Shown: in pieces, positions 18,041-27,003 of the stretch
How positions within the stretch are numbered: the first letter of the stretch is position 1
Layout: each line of letters starts with the position of its first letter
Assembly: GCA_027310565.1 (NCBI GenBank)
Contig: DAIDAP010000037.1
Location: forward strand, 256,163-320,162
Length of the DNA stretch: 64,000 nt
Reading direction: 5' to 3'
From: Chloroflexota bacterium
GTDB lineage: Bacteria > Chloroflexota > Limnocylindria > P2-11E
Program-made: the position numbers and the translations under genes
Notes under the pieces: model-generated
Databases searched by the model: none
Told to the model about the DNA's origin: nothing
Seen by the model: the letters and a program-made list of their open reading frames with translations, nothing else

Positions 18041-19273
18041 ATGGTCGTCGACGTCAAGACCAGGGAGACCAGCGAGGTCGAGACCGAGCAGCTCGCGACG
18101 GGCTGCGAGGCGATCGCCGAGGCCATCCGCCTCGCCGACGTCGATGTCATGGCCGCGTACCCCATCCGCCCCTACGACGGCGTCATGCAGGCGGCCGCGA
18201 AGCTCATCGCGAACGGCAAGATGGACGTCGAGTACATCGTCGCCGACGGCGAGCACAGCCAGTTCGAGATCGTGAAGCACGCGTGCGCGGTCGGGTCGCG
18301 CGTGTTCGTCGGCTCCTCCGGCGTCGGCTGGTTCTACGCGTTCGAGGCGATCGCGGTGACCGCGGGCCTCCGCCTGCCGGTCGTCGCGATCTGCGGCAAC
18401 CGCGCGCTCGACGACCCGGGCGCCTTCGGGACCGAGCACAACGACTCGCTCGCGGTGCGCGACCTCGGCTGGCTGCTGCCCTGGGCCGAGACGGCGCAGG
18501 AAGCGCTCGACCTCGCGCTCATGGCCTGGCGCGTCGGCGAGGACAGGCGCGTCAGCCTCCCGGTCGCGATCGGGCTGGACGGCGCGTTCCTCACGCACTC
18601 GCAGCACATCGTGAAGATCCCGACCCAGGCCGCGGTGCAGCGGTTCCTGCCGAAGTTCGACCTCGGCGACCGCCTGCTCCACCCGGACAACCCGATCACG
18701 ATCGCCCCGCAGGTCGACCAGGACTGGCTCATGGAGATCCGCCGCCAGAACGACCACGCGATGCGGCAGGCGCTCGGCGTCATCCGCGAGGCGCACGCCG
18801 ACTTCAAGACGATCTTCGGCCGCGGCGGCGACAGCCCGTTCCTCGACGAGTTCATGACCGAGGACGCCGAGGTCGTCGTCATCGGCCAGGGCACGCTCTC
18901 GCTCCCGATGAAGGTCGCCATCCGCCGTCTGCGCAAGGAGGGCCACAAGGTCGGCCTCGTCCGCCTCAAGTGGTTCCGCCCGTTCCCGACGGAGGAGGTC
19001 GTCCGGAGCCTCGGCCGATTCAAGGCCATCGGCGTCGTCGACCGCGACTACTCGTTCGGATCGCCGTTCTACGGCGGCGTCCTCTACAACGAGATCCGCT
19101 CCGCGCTGTACTCGCAGGCATCGCGCCCGGCCATCGTCGGCTTCATCGCCGGCCTGGGCGGCCGCGAGATCGAGCAGCCCATGGCGACCGAGATCTTCGA
19201 GAAGACCGAAGCCGCCGCCCGGACCGGACTCCCCGCCGGGGACGTCTGCCACTGGATCGGCGTACGCGAGTAA
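18041..19273 (+). CDS. OFOR alpha subunit, oxalate oxidoreductase clade
   Basis: RLADVDV..AYPIRPY, DGEHSQ, GSSGVG, NRALDDPGAFGTEHND, FRPFP, GLGGRE. Confidence 0.9.
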   Translation: MVVDVKTRETSEVETEQLATGCEAIAEAIRLADVDVMAAYPIRPYDGVMQAAAKLIANGKMDVEYIVADGEHSQFEIVKHACAVGSRVFVGSSGVGWFYAFEAIAVTAGLRLPVVAICGNRALDDPGAFGTEHNDSLAVRDLGWLLPWAETAQEALDLALMAWRVGEDRRVSLPVAIGLDGAFLTHSQHIVKIPTQAAVQRFLPKFDLGDRLLHPDNPITIAPQVDQDWLMEIRRQNDHAMRQALGVIREAHADFKTIFGRGGDSPFLDEFMTEDAEVVVIGQGTLSLPMKVAIRRLRKEGHKVGLVRLKWFRPFPTEEVVRSLGRFKAIGVVDRDYSFGSPFYGGVLYNEIRSALYSQASRPAIVGFIAGLGGREIEQPMATEIFEKTEAAARTGLPAGDVCHWIGVRE

Positions 19274-19284
19274 GGAGGGACGAC

Positions 19285-20331
19285 GTGGCAATCGACACCG
19301 CACTCCCCCAGATCAAAGGCGTCAAGGACGTCCCGTACGAGGAGCTCTTCGTGTCGGGGCACCGCACCTGCCAGGGCTGCGAGTCAGCCCTCGTGATGCG
19401 GCACATGGTGAAGGCCTCGGGGCCGCGCACGATCGTGCTCGGCTCGACCGGCTGCATGTACGTCGCGAACACCACGTATTACACGACCCCCTGGGTGGTC
19501 CCGTGGATGCACACGCAGCTCGGCGCGTCGGGCTCGGCCGCGCTGGGCACAGCCGCCGGCCTCAAGGTGCTCATGCGCAAGGGCAAGCTGAAGAACGAGA
19601 AGATCAACGTCATCGCCTTCTGCGGCGACGGCGGCGGCGCCGACATGGGCCTCGGCGCCATCTCCGCGACGCTCACGCACAAGGAGTACGACTGCCTCGT
19701 GCTCCTGTATGACAACGAGTCGTACGCGAACACGGACATCCAGCTCTCGAGCATGACGCCGTACGGCGCGGTCACCACGTTCTCGCCGTCCGGTGAGAAG
19801 AAGCGGCTCATGCATACGCGCTGGAAGAAGAACGTCCCGGGCATGCTCGCCGCGGGCCACCCCGAGTCGCGCTACATCGCGGCCGGCTGTGCCGCGTACG
19901 CCGTGGATCTCATGAACAAGATCCGCAGGGCTCTCGAGCTCGGCGGGCCCACCTTCGTCCACACCCTCGACCCGTGCCCGAAGGGCTGGGACTACCACCC
20001 GCAATACAGCCAGGAGCTCGGGCACCTCGCGGTCGAGTGCGGTATCTGGCCGCTCTACGAGGTCGTGGACGGCGTCTGCAACCTCACCGGCCCGACCCGG
20101 CAGATCGCCGAGGGCCGCAAGAAGCGCAAGCCGGTCATCGAGTACCTGCGCCGGCAGGGCCGCTTCGCGCACTTCGTCGACGAGGACGTGGAGCACTTCC
20201 AGGCCGAGGTCGACAAGATGTGGACCGACTGGCTCATCCCCGGCGTCATCCCCTTCACCGTCCCGGCGAAGGACCAGGCGCTCCTCAAGATCGACAGGAA
20301 GCCGCTGCACGAGCAGACCAAGAGCGCGTAG
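19285..20331 (+). CDS. OFOR beta (TPP-binding) subunit, oxalate oxidoreductase clade
   Basis: GHRTCQGC, TGCMYVANT, GDGG..D, YDNESYANT, CPKGW; GTG after AAGGAGG. Confidence 0.9.
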   Translation: MAIDTALPQIKGVKDVPYEELFVSGHRTCQGCESALVMRHMVKASGPRTIVLGSTGCMYVANTTYYTTPWVVPWMHTQLGASGSAALGTAAGLKVLMRKGKLKNEKINVIAFCGDGGGADMGLGAISATLTHKEYDCLVLLYDNESYANTDIQLSSMTPYGAVTTFSPSGEKKRLMHTRWKKNVPGMLAAGHPESRYIAAGCAAYAVDLMNKIRRALELGGPTFVHTLDPCPKGWDYHPQYSQELGHLAVECGIWPLYEVVDGVCNLTGPTRQIAEGRKKRKPVIEYLRRQGRFAHFVDEDVEHFQAEVDKMWTDWLIPGVIPFTVPAKDQALLKIDRKPLHEQTKSA

Positions 20332-20348
20332 GTCGCACGAAGCTGACC

Positions 20349-20381
20349 CGAGGGCCGGCCGCAACATGCGGCCGGCCCTCG
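20349..20381. terminator. Hairpin between convergent genes
   Basis: CGAGGGCCGGCCGCA-ACA-TGCGGCCGGCCCTCG. Confidence 0.6.
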
Positions 20382-20387
20382 TCATCT

Positions 20388-21752
20388 CTACGGAGTGATA
20401 ACGATCGGGGACAACGACGTACCCGTCACCGCGGGCGTGAGCGTATCGGTGACGGTCACGGTGTGCGTCCCTGTCGTGAGGAACGTAACGACGAAGTCAT
20501 GCACTCCCGCGTCCAACCCCGTGAACGTGTAGTCGGCAGGCAAGGTCGCCACTGGATCCGAGCTCGTGAAGCGCACCGTGCCGCGGTAGTCGGTCACCAC
20601 GTTGCCGAACACGTCACGGACAAGCACGTTCAGACCAAGGGGCACGCCCCGGGCACCGCCGCTGCCGATAACCCTGAAGGCGGAAGCCGGACCGCTAGTC
20701 ACGGTGATCGTGTCCGAGGTCCCCGTGACCGCCGCATCGAACGTGTCAGTCGCGATGATCGTGCCCGGGCCAGCGCGCGAGATGCCGAACGCACTCGTGA
20801 AGGTGTGCCTACCGCCGTCGGCGGCGGTGAACGTGTAGTAGGGCGGCACAAAGCCATAGGGGCTCGAGAGGGTGAAGCCGATCGTGCCGCGGTAGTCGCT
20901 CACCGCGTTGCCGAGGCTGTCCAGCGCGGTCACCGTCACGCTGAACCTTTCGCCCGCTGCGACCGTGCTCGGGCTCGCGACCACGCTGAGGCTCGCCGGG
21001 CCCACGGTGATCGAGGCGGCGCCCGAGATGGAGGCATCCAGAACGTCCGTGGCGGAGACCGTCTGCGCGCCTACCGAAACGAGCGTCACGCCGTTCGGCG
21101 GAGCGAAGGTATGCGTGCCGGCGTCTTGCGGGGTGAATGTGTAATCGTGAGGAAGCGTCGCGCCCGGGTCGGTGCTCGTGAAACGGATCCTGCCGCGGTA
21201 CAGGTCCGCGACGTTTCCGAACTGGTCTAGCACGGTGACTGTCACAGTCGTCGCTACGCCTGATCTTGATGCATCCACGACGACCCTGAATCCGAAAGCG
21301 GCCGACGTCGCCGTACCGCTCGGACCGGTCGGTCCGGTTGCGCCGGTGGGACCCGTTGCTCCCGGAGCGCCGGTTGGACCGGTGGGGCCAGTCAGGCCGG
21401 CGGCTCCGGTTGGACCAGTCGCGCCGGCGGCGCCGGTGGGACCGGTCGATCCGGCGGCGCCGGTCGCACCCGTCGCGCCGGTGTCACCCTTTTGCCCGAC
21501 CTGATTCCACGTGATCGCCCGCTCGTTCTTGCCGCACTCCTCGGCCGAGGCGACCAGGCGCAGCTGGCCACTGCGCCCGCCGTCGTCCTTCGGCTTGGCT
21601 GAGCTGTCCTTCTCGTTCTGCTGGACCTGGAAGCATGCGGTGATGACGCCGCCCGGGCCGGGGATCGTGCCGGCGGCGAAGACGCCGCCCGCACCTCCCA
21701 GGACGAAGGCGATGACCCCCACCAGCAGGTAGTGCGCGAACGGATTGCGCAT
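20388..21752 (-). CDS. Secreted protein with collagen-like G-X-T repeats and three Ig-like repeats
   Basis: Signal peptide [20 protein letters not shown]; GAT/GPT/GAA run at about 21320-21500; 3x D.FGN...YRG...F.....P..YTFT..D.G.H.F; RBS GGAGGGAG. Confidence 0.78.
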   Translation of the reverse strand: MRNPFAHYLLVGVIAFVLGGAGGVFAAGTIPGPGGVITACFQVQQNEKDSSAKPKDDGGRSGQLRLVASAEECGKNERAITWNQVGQKGDTGATGATGAAGSTGPTGAAGATGPTGAAGLTGPTGPTGAPGATGPTGATGPTGPSGTATSAAFGFRVVVDASRSGVATTVTVTVLDQFGNVADLYRGRIRFTSTDPGATLPHDYTFTPQDAGTHTFAPPNGVTLVSVGAQTVSATDVLDASISGAASITVGPASLSVVASPSTVAAGERFSVTVTALDSLGNAVSDYRGTIGFTLSSPYGFVPPYYTFTAADGGRHTFTSAFGISRAGPGTIIATDTFDAAVTGTSDTITVTSGPASAFRVIGSGGARGVPLGLNVLVRDVFGNVVTDYRGTVRFTSSDPVATLPADYTFTGLDAGVHDFVVTFLTTGTHTVTVTDTLTPAVTGTSLSPIVITP

Positions 21753-21818
21753 GCGTTCTCCCTCCCACCCCGACGACTCGACAGGCCCCCGCCGGCGCGC
21801 CCGCGCGATGCTACGCCA

Positions 21819-21942
21819 GACGCCGTACGGCGCGGTCACGACGTTCCCTCCGTCAGGCGAGAAGCGCCGGCTCAGGGCGCTCGAGCAGGGCGGGCCCACC
21901 AGTACCTGCGCCGGCAGGGCCGCTTCGCACACTTCATCGACG
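21819..21942 (+). pseudogene. Collapsed remnant of an OFOR beta paralog
   Basis: Three joined pieces matching 19755-19810, 19926-19953 and 20141-20182. Confidence 0.85.
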
Positions 21943-22179
21943 CGGCACATCCGCCTCGCCGCACTCGAATGAGAACGCGCCGGACTCCAGGTCGGCGAGG
22001 AAGACGTCCAGCGCCCGTGCCTTGAGACGGCCCTCGACGAGGTAGCCGATCTCCGCGAGCGTCCAGGCGGGGACGAGATACGGCCCTGCGTCTTCCACGA
22101 ACACCCTCCGCACGCGCTCGTGGTCCGGATCCCGGCGGTCCAGCAGCGCGAGTACCGCGCTCGCATCGAGCCTGATCAG
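21934..22179 (-). pseudogene. vapC: Truncated VapC/PIN toxin
   Basis: [22 protein letters not shown]...TLAEIGYLV; no canonical start; C-terminal half missing. Confidence 0.7.
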
Positions 22180-22360
22180 GTGCGGCGCCGCCGGCGCGAC
22201 CAGCGCCGATCCCACTCTCGGCGCAGCCACTTCTCTGAGCTCGCACCCGTGACCTTCCCATCCGCCGCGATCCCGACGGACCGCGGCAGCACCCGCGGAC
22301 GGCCCGCCAGGTACTGCGTGAGCGCCTCCCTGATGAGCCGGGTGCCGCGGTCCCGGCATC
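22176..22360 (-). pseudogene. Degraded RHH (VapB-like) antitoxin
   Basis: RGT..LIREALTQYL...PRSVGIAADG; stop overlaps the PIN gene; N-terminus eroded. Confidence 0.6.
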
Positions 22361-22389
22361 GGCCGCTCCGGGCTCCGCAGGCAGCGCCA

Positions 22390-22560
22390 TGACACGAAGG
22401 CCGCGAGCGCGATGGCCGAGGCCGGCGTCCTGGGGACGCCCGCGAGCCACCCGAGGGAAACGCTTGAACGGCGCAGACGTCGCGACGACGTAGCCGGTGA
22501 GGATGCCCAGACTCATCTGCGTGGCGAACTCGAGGAGCACCCAGAAGCCTTGGCCCTCGG
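22390..22560 (-). pseudogene. Fragment of AtoE-like short-chain fatty acid transporter
   Basis: GQGFWVLLEFATQMSLGILTGYVVATSAPF then frameshift to LAGVPRTPASAIAL, resembling AtoE GFWNLLAFGMQMALIIVTG..LASS. Confidence 0.6.
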
Positions 22561-22625
22561 GCATCAACCGGGGCGGATCGCCGCGCCACACCGACCGTCG
22601 CGCCGCGAGGAGGACGCGCCCGCTC

Positions 22626-23210
22626 TTAGGAGCCCGTCTCCGGACGCGGCGCCTGCTGCGGTGCCGCGCCGTGGGGCGGCGTCGCCGGAGGGTTCGCGGC
22701 AGCCGCGGGCGCCGGCGGCGCCCCGTACGGGCGCGCCGGGCGGAACTCGCCGGCCGGCCGGAACGGCGGACGCTCCGGCTTCGGCGGCGGGGGCCCGCCG
22801 GCCATCGCGCGCGCCTGCGGTGACATGAGCGAGCGGACGTGCTCCGCGGTGTAGGGCAGCAGCGCCATGAACCGCGCCCGCTTCAGCGCGCTCGTGAGCA
22901 TGCGCTGGTGCTTCGCGCAGGTGCCGCTCTTGCGGCGCGGATCGATCTTGCCGCGATCGCTGATGTAGCGGCGGATGCGCCCGACGTCCTTGTAGTCGAT
23001 GCGCTGCACCTTGTCGACGCAGAACGAGCAGGCGCGCCTTCGCGGGCGACGGCCGCCGGGGCCGCCGCGCTCGCCACGGTCGCCGTAGGAGGGGCGCGCG
23101 CCGTAGGTGCGCGGACCGCGCGCGGCTCCCCCGCCAGGCGCCGGTCGCGCGGCGCCGGCCGGCGCGCCGGGCGGCTCCGGGGTCGTGCTCTGGGGTGTCT
23201 CGGACGTCAT
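22626..23210 (-). CDS. rpsR: 30S ribosomal protein S18 with long N- and C-terminal extensions
   Basis: CSFC..K...IDYKD...[23 protein letters not shown]...[13 protein letters not shown]. Confidence 0.95.
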   Translation of the reverse strand: MTSETPQSTTPEPPGAPAGAARPAPGGGAARGPRTYGARPSYGDRGERGGPGGRRPRRRACSFCVDKVQRIDYKDVGRIRRYISDRGKIDPRRKSGTCAKHQRMLTSALKRARFMALLPYTAEHVRSLMSPQARAMAGGPPPPKPERPPFRPAGEFRPARPYGAPPAPAAAANPPATPPHGAAPQQAPRPETGS

Positions 23211-23225
23211 CGCTCTCTCTCCTAC

Positions 23226-23654
23226 CTAGAACGGGATCTCGTCGGGGTCGAACCCCTTGTCGCCCGGGGCGCGCTCGGGGCGAGGCGCCCCGCCGGCGCC
23301 CATGCCCTCCTCGCGGTCGCGCCGCGAGTCGAGGACCTGGAAGTCGTTCGCGTTGATGTCGAGGCTGGTGCGCTCGCGGCCCTCCTTGTCGGTCCAGGTG
23401 CGCGGCGTGAAGCGGCCGTCCACGAACACGAGCCGGCCGCGCTGCACGATCTGCTGCGCTCGCTCGGCGAGGTTGCCCCAGCACGAGATGCGGTACCAGT
23501 CGGTCTGCTCCTGTCGCTCGCCGCTGTCGCTGCGGCCGCTGATGCGGTTCACCGCGACGCTGAACTCGCACACCGGGCGACCGTTGGAGGTCATCTTGAG
23601 CTCCGGGTCGCGCCCGACGTTGCCGACGATCATGATCTTGCTGAATGAGGCCAT
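23226..23654 (-). CDS. ssb: Single-stranded DNA-binding protein
   Basis: KIMIVGNVGRDPE, TDWYRI, C-terminal DEIPF. Confidence 0.96.
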   Translation of the reverse strand: MASFSKIMIVGNVGRDPELKMTSNGRPVCEFSVAVNRISGRSDSGERQEQTDWYRISCWGNLAERAQQIVQRGRLVFVDGRFTPRTWTDKEGRERTSLDINANDFQVLDSRRDREEGMGAGGAPRPERAPGDKGFDPDEIPF

Positions 23655-23656
23655 CG

Positions 23657-23944
23657 CTATTCGTCCCTTCGCACCACGAGGTGGCGCAGGATGTCTTCGG
23701 TCAGCGAGATGGTGCGCTCGAGCTCGCGCGCCTGCTCGGGCGGGAGCGAGAACTCGAGGACGGCGTACTGACCGTCACGGTGGTGCGCGACCTCGTACGC
23801 GAGTCGCCGGCGCGTCGCCGGCGTGGCCTTGTCGATCTTGCCGCCGAGACCGGTGACGGCGGACTGAAGGCGCTCGCTCACGGCGGTCATGCGCTCTTCG
23901 TCCACGGTCGGGGGCATGAGGTACATGAGCTCGTAGGGCCGCAT
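23657..23944 (-). CDS. rpsF: 30S ribosomal protein S6
   Basis: MRPYELMY, RRRLAYEV, ILRHLVVR; rpsF-ssb-rpsR order. Confidence 0.95.
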   Translation of the reverse strand: MRPYELMYLMPPTVDEERMTAVSERLQSAVTGLGGKIDKATPATRRRLAYEVAHHRDGQYAVLEFSLPPEQARELERTISLTEDILRHLVVRRDE

Positions 23945-23953
23945 CGACACGTT

Positions 23954-23998
23954 CCTTTCCATGGGTTTGCCGCGGGCACGGGACCCGGGGCGAAAAGG
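23954..23998 (-). promoter_or_regulatory. Probable S6:S18-binding leader RNA
   Basis: CCTTTTC pairs with the SD GAAAGG; CCC internal loop; GGGT/ACCC upper stem. Confidence 0.6.
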
Positions 23999-24099
23999 CG
24001 CCGCGGATCGGGTCCGCGGCGGTCCGTTCCAGTGTACGCGACGCGGACGCGGATGACGCCACGATGGGACGATCGGCCGCGGCTTGCGGGAGCGTCCCG

Positions 24100-24333
24100 A
24101 TGACCCTGCGCCGGGACGCCACGGCCGACTGCCCCGAGTGCCACCTGCCGATGTTCCCGGTCGCCGCCGAGGCGACGACGGTCACGCTCGAGTGCGCCAA
24201 CCGCCACCGAACGGCCGCGGCGATGCCGGCCGACGCGGCGCTGCGCCGCCTCGTGCGCGGCTGGGTCTCGCGCAGGGGCGCGCAGCTCCACGTCCAGCAC
24301 GAGCGATGGGAGGACGACGCGGACGACGGCTGA
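24100..24333 (+). CDS. Small putative zinc-ribbon protein
   Basis: CPEC...CANRH; GGGAG upstream of ATG. Confidence 0.55.
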   Translation: MTLRRDATADCPECHLPMFPVAAEATTVTLECANRHRTAAAMPADAALRRLVRGWVSRRGAQLHVQHERWEDDADDG

Positions 24334-24338
24334 AGCGC

Positions 24339-25523
24339 TCACGCCCGGTCGGACGGTCCCGCCCCGGGCCGCGTGCCGCGCCAGAGCGCCAGCGCCGCGA
24401 CGACGAGCGCGGCGTCCACCGTCCAGAAGCCCGCGTCGTAGGAGCCGGTCCGGTCGTAGACGGCGCCGAGCCCGACCGGCGCGGCGGCCCAGGCGACCGT
24501 GATGAGGGACCCGAGCACCCCCTGGATGCTGGCGAACCGCCGCGGGCCGTACAGGCGGGCGACCGCGGTGCCGCGGATGAGCGTGTCCATCCCGCGGCCG
24601 GCGCCGAAGAGGACGACGAAGACGAGCGCTCCGGCCGTGCCGGGCACGAGGAGGAGCAGCGCGAGCGCCACGGGCTGCGTCGCGTAGACGAGCGCGACCG
24701 CGGTGTGCGGCGCGACGCGGCGCTCGAGCGGCCCGAGCAGGAGGCGGCCCCCCACCTGCATCGCGCCGACGAGACCGGCGAGCCATGCCGCGGTGGCGAG
24801 GTCGAAGCCCCGCCCGCCGAGGTACGGGACGAGGTTGACCTGGATCCCGAGCGTGAGCGCGTAGCAGACGAACCCGAGCGCGAGCCAGCGGAAGGACGGC
24901 TGGCGGACCGCCTCGCCGAGCGAGAGGCTCGGCTCGTGCTGGTGCGTCTCGCGCGGCGCGGCGCGCAGGAGGAGCGCGTGCGGCAGGACGGTGGCGAGGC
25001 CGAGGATCGCCGCGAGGGCCACGAGCGTGTCGCGCCAGCCGAGCCGCGACACGAGGAGCGCGGTGAGCGGGAGGAAGATCGTCGAGGCGAGCCCGGCCAT
25101 GAGCGTCACCACGGTGAGCGCCTCGGTCCGGCGCTCGCGGAAGTGCGCGATCACCGTCGCGAACGCCGGGCCGTAGAGCGTCGCCGACCAGGTGGCGCCG
25201 ATCGCGATCCAGATCGCGTAGTACGCCGCGAGGTCGCGCACGCCGGACCACGCCAGGACCAGCCCGACGCCGGCGATCGACCCCGCGGTCATGAGCAGCC
25301 GCGGGCCGCGACGGTCGAGCCACTGCCCCACCGCGACGCCGGAGACGCCGAGCATGAGGAGCGCGACCGAGAACGCGCCCGTGATCTCGGCGCGCGACCA
25401 GCCCAGCTCCGCCTCCGTCGGCTCGACGAGCACCCCGAACGCGTAGTAGAGGACGCCCCACGACACCGTCTCGGTGAAGCCGAGCGTGAGCACGAGCCGC
25501 CAGCGGTACGGGATCCGGCGCAC
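24339..25523 (-). CDS. MFS transporter
   Basis: About 12 TM; WGVLYYAF, LDRRGPR, GLASTIFLP, YDRTGSY. Confidence 0.9.
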   Translation of the reverse strand: MRRIPYRWRLVLTLGFTETVSWGVLYYAFGVLVEPTEAELGWSRAEITGAFSVALLMLGVSGVAVGQWLDRRGPRLLMTAGSIAGVGLVLAWSGVRDLAAYYAIWIAIGATWSATLYGPAFATVIAHFRERRTEALTVVTLMAGLASTIFLPLTALLVSRLGWRDTLVALAAILGLATVLPHALLLRAAPRETHQHEPSLSLGEAVRQPSFRWLALGFVCYALTLGIQVNLVPYLGGRGFDLATAAWLAGLVGAMQVGGRLLLGPLERRVAPHTAVALVYATQPVALALLLLVPGTAGALVFVVLFGAGRGMDTLIRGTAVARLYGPRRFASIQGVLGSLITVAWAAAPVGLGAVYDRTGSYDAGFWTVDAALVVAALALWRGTRPGAGPSDRA

Positions 25524-25557
25524 GATGCCGAGGACGCTATCCGGTCGGTCGGCCCGG

Positions 25558-25642
25558 TGCCGGAGGAGGGAGTCGAACCCCCAGGTGGGCGTGAGCCCGA
25601 CCGATCTTAAGTCGGCAGCGTCTTCCGTTCCGCCACTCCGGC
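25558..25642 (-). tRNA. tRNA-Leu(TAA)
   Basis: GCCGGAG acceptor stem, GCCGA-CTTAAGA-TCGGT anticodon arm, long variable arm, GGTTCGACTCC; -10 TAGAAT at 25652-25657. Confidence 0.95.
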
Positions 25643-25737
25643 GCTGGGTCGATTCTAGAGACGGCGCCTCGGAGAACCCGGGGCACGGAGCGGTGCCATC
25701 GGCCAGACTACGGGCGAACAGCGACAAGGAGCAGGTC

Positions 25738-26997
25738 GTGATCTCCCACCCCACCCGGTTCGTGATCATCGGCAACGGCGCCGCCGGCACCTACGCGGCC
25801 GAGCAGCTGCGCAAGGACGACACGGCCTGCGAGATCGTCATGATCGACGACGAGAAGTACACGCTCTACAACCGCGTCTCCCTCCCCCGCTACCTCAAGG
25901 GCGTCCTCCTGGAGCAGCGCGTCTACGTGCGCGACATGGACTGGCACACGAAGAACCGCATCGACCTGCGGCTCGAGACGAAGGTCACGCGCGTGAGCTT
26001 CGAGGAGAAGACGGTCACGACCGACCCCGGCGGCGAGCTGCGCTACGACCGCCTGCTCATCGCGACCGGCGGCCGCCCGAACCCGCTGCGCGTCACCGGC
26101 GCCGAGGGCGCGCGGTACCTCTTCAACTTCCAGTACTTCGACGAGACGAAGGCGATGGTCGCGCGCATTCCCGAGTCGAAGGTCGCGGTGGTCATGGGCG
26201 GGTCGTTCATCGGGTACGAGCTCACCGAGGCGTTCGCGTTCCGCAAGCTCGAGACGCACTGGATCCAGCGCGGCCCCTGGTTCCTCCGCCGTGCGCTCGA
26301 CGAGCCGGGCGGCCGTGTCGTGTCACTCCTCGCGCAGGACGCCGGCGTGCACCTCCACTACGACGAGACGATCGAGCGGATCGAGCAGGCCGACGGACGG
26401 CTCAGGGTGCACGGCTCGAAGGGCTTCCGCGCGACGGCCGACCTCGTCGGGGTCGGGCTCGGCCTCACGATGAACATCGACGTCTTCAAGGGCACCGCCC
26501 TCGAGACGAAGGTGGGCATCGTCACGAACGAGTTCCTCGAGACGAGCGTCCCCGACGTGTGGGCCGCCGGTGACGTCGCGGAGTTCTACGACCTCGTCTC
26601 GCAGCGCCACCACCGCATGGGCACCTGGGACAACGCGCTCAACCACGGGCGGCACGTCGCGAAGAACATGCTCGGCGCGAAGCAGCCGTACGTGGAGGTG
26701 CCGACGTACGCCTCCGGCATGTTCAACTCGAACATCTCGGTCATGGGTGTCACGACCGAGGAGGAGCCCGATGCCGAGTCGCTCTTCGAGGTCGACGAGG
26801 AGGGCCGCAACTACAAGCGGCTCTTCTTCCTCGGCGACCGCCTCGTCGGCGCGATCCTCATCGGGAAGATGAGGGGCCGCAAGAAGGTCCTCGAGCTGAT
26901 CTCGTCGCGCACGCCCATCGCGGAGCGGGCGAAGGTGTTCGAGCTGCTCGCGATGCCGGAGGTCACCGCCCGGCCGGCACCGTCGCACGAAGGCTAG
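25738..26997 (+). CDS. NAD(P)/FAD-dependent oxidoreductase (ferredoxin/rubredoxin reductase-like)
   Basis: IIGNGAAG, YNRVSL, LLIATGG, GGSFIGYE, TSVPDVWAAGDVAE. Confidence 0.88.
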   Translation: MISHPTRFVIIGNGAAGTYAAEQLRKDDTACEIVMIDDEKYTLYNRVSLPRYLKGVLLEQRVYVRDMDWHTKNRIDLRLETKVTRVSFEEKTVTTDPGGELRYDRLLIATGGRPNPLRVTGAEGARYLFNFQYFDETKAMVARIPESKVAVVMGGSFIGYELTEAFAFRKLETHWIQRGPWFLRRALDEPGGRVVSLLAQDAGVHLHYDETIERIEQADGRLRVHGSKGFRATADLVGVGLGLTMNIDVFKGTALETKVGIVTNEFLETSVPDVWAAGDVAEFYDLVSQRHHRMGTWDNALNHGRHVAKNMLGAKQPYVEVPTYASGMFNSNISVMGVTTEEEPDAESLFEVDEEGRNYKRLFFLGDRLVGAILIGKMRGRKKVLELISSRTPIAERAKVFELLAMPEVTARPAPSHEG

Positions 26998-27003
26998 CCA
27001 GGC

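Noticed and set aside
21320-21500. CRISPR-like or tandem DNA repeats
   Set aside because: 9-bp periodicity is explained by collagen codons; no repeat-spacer array or cas genes were seen in the window.
21819-21942. Diversity-generating retroelement template/variable repeat pair
   Set aside because: Differences are not adenine-specific, the copy is discontinuous, and no reverse transcriptase is present.
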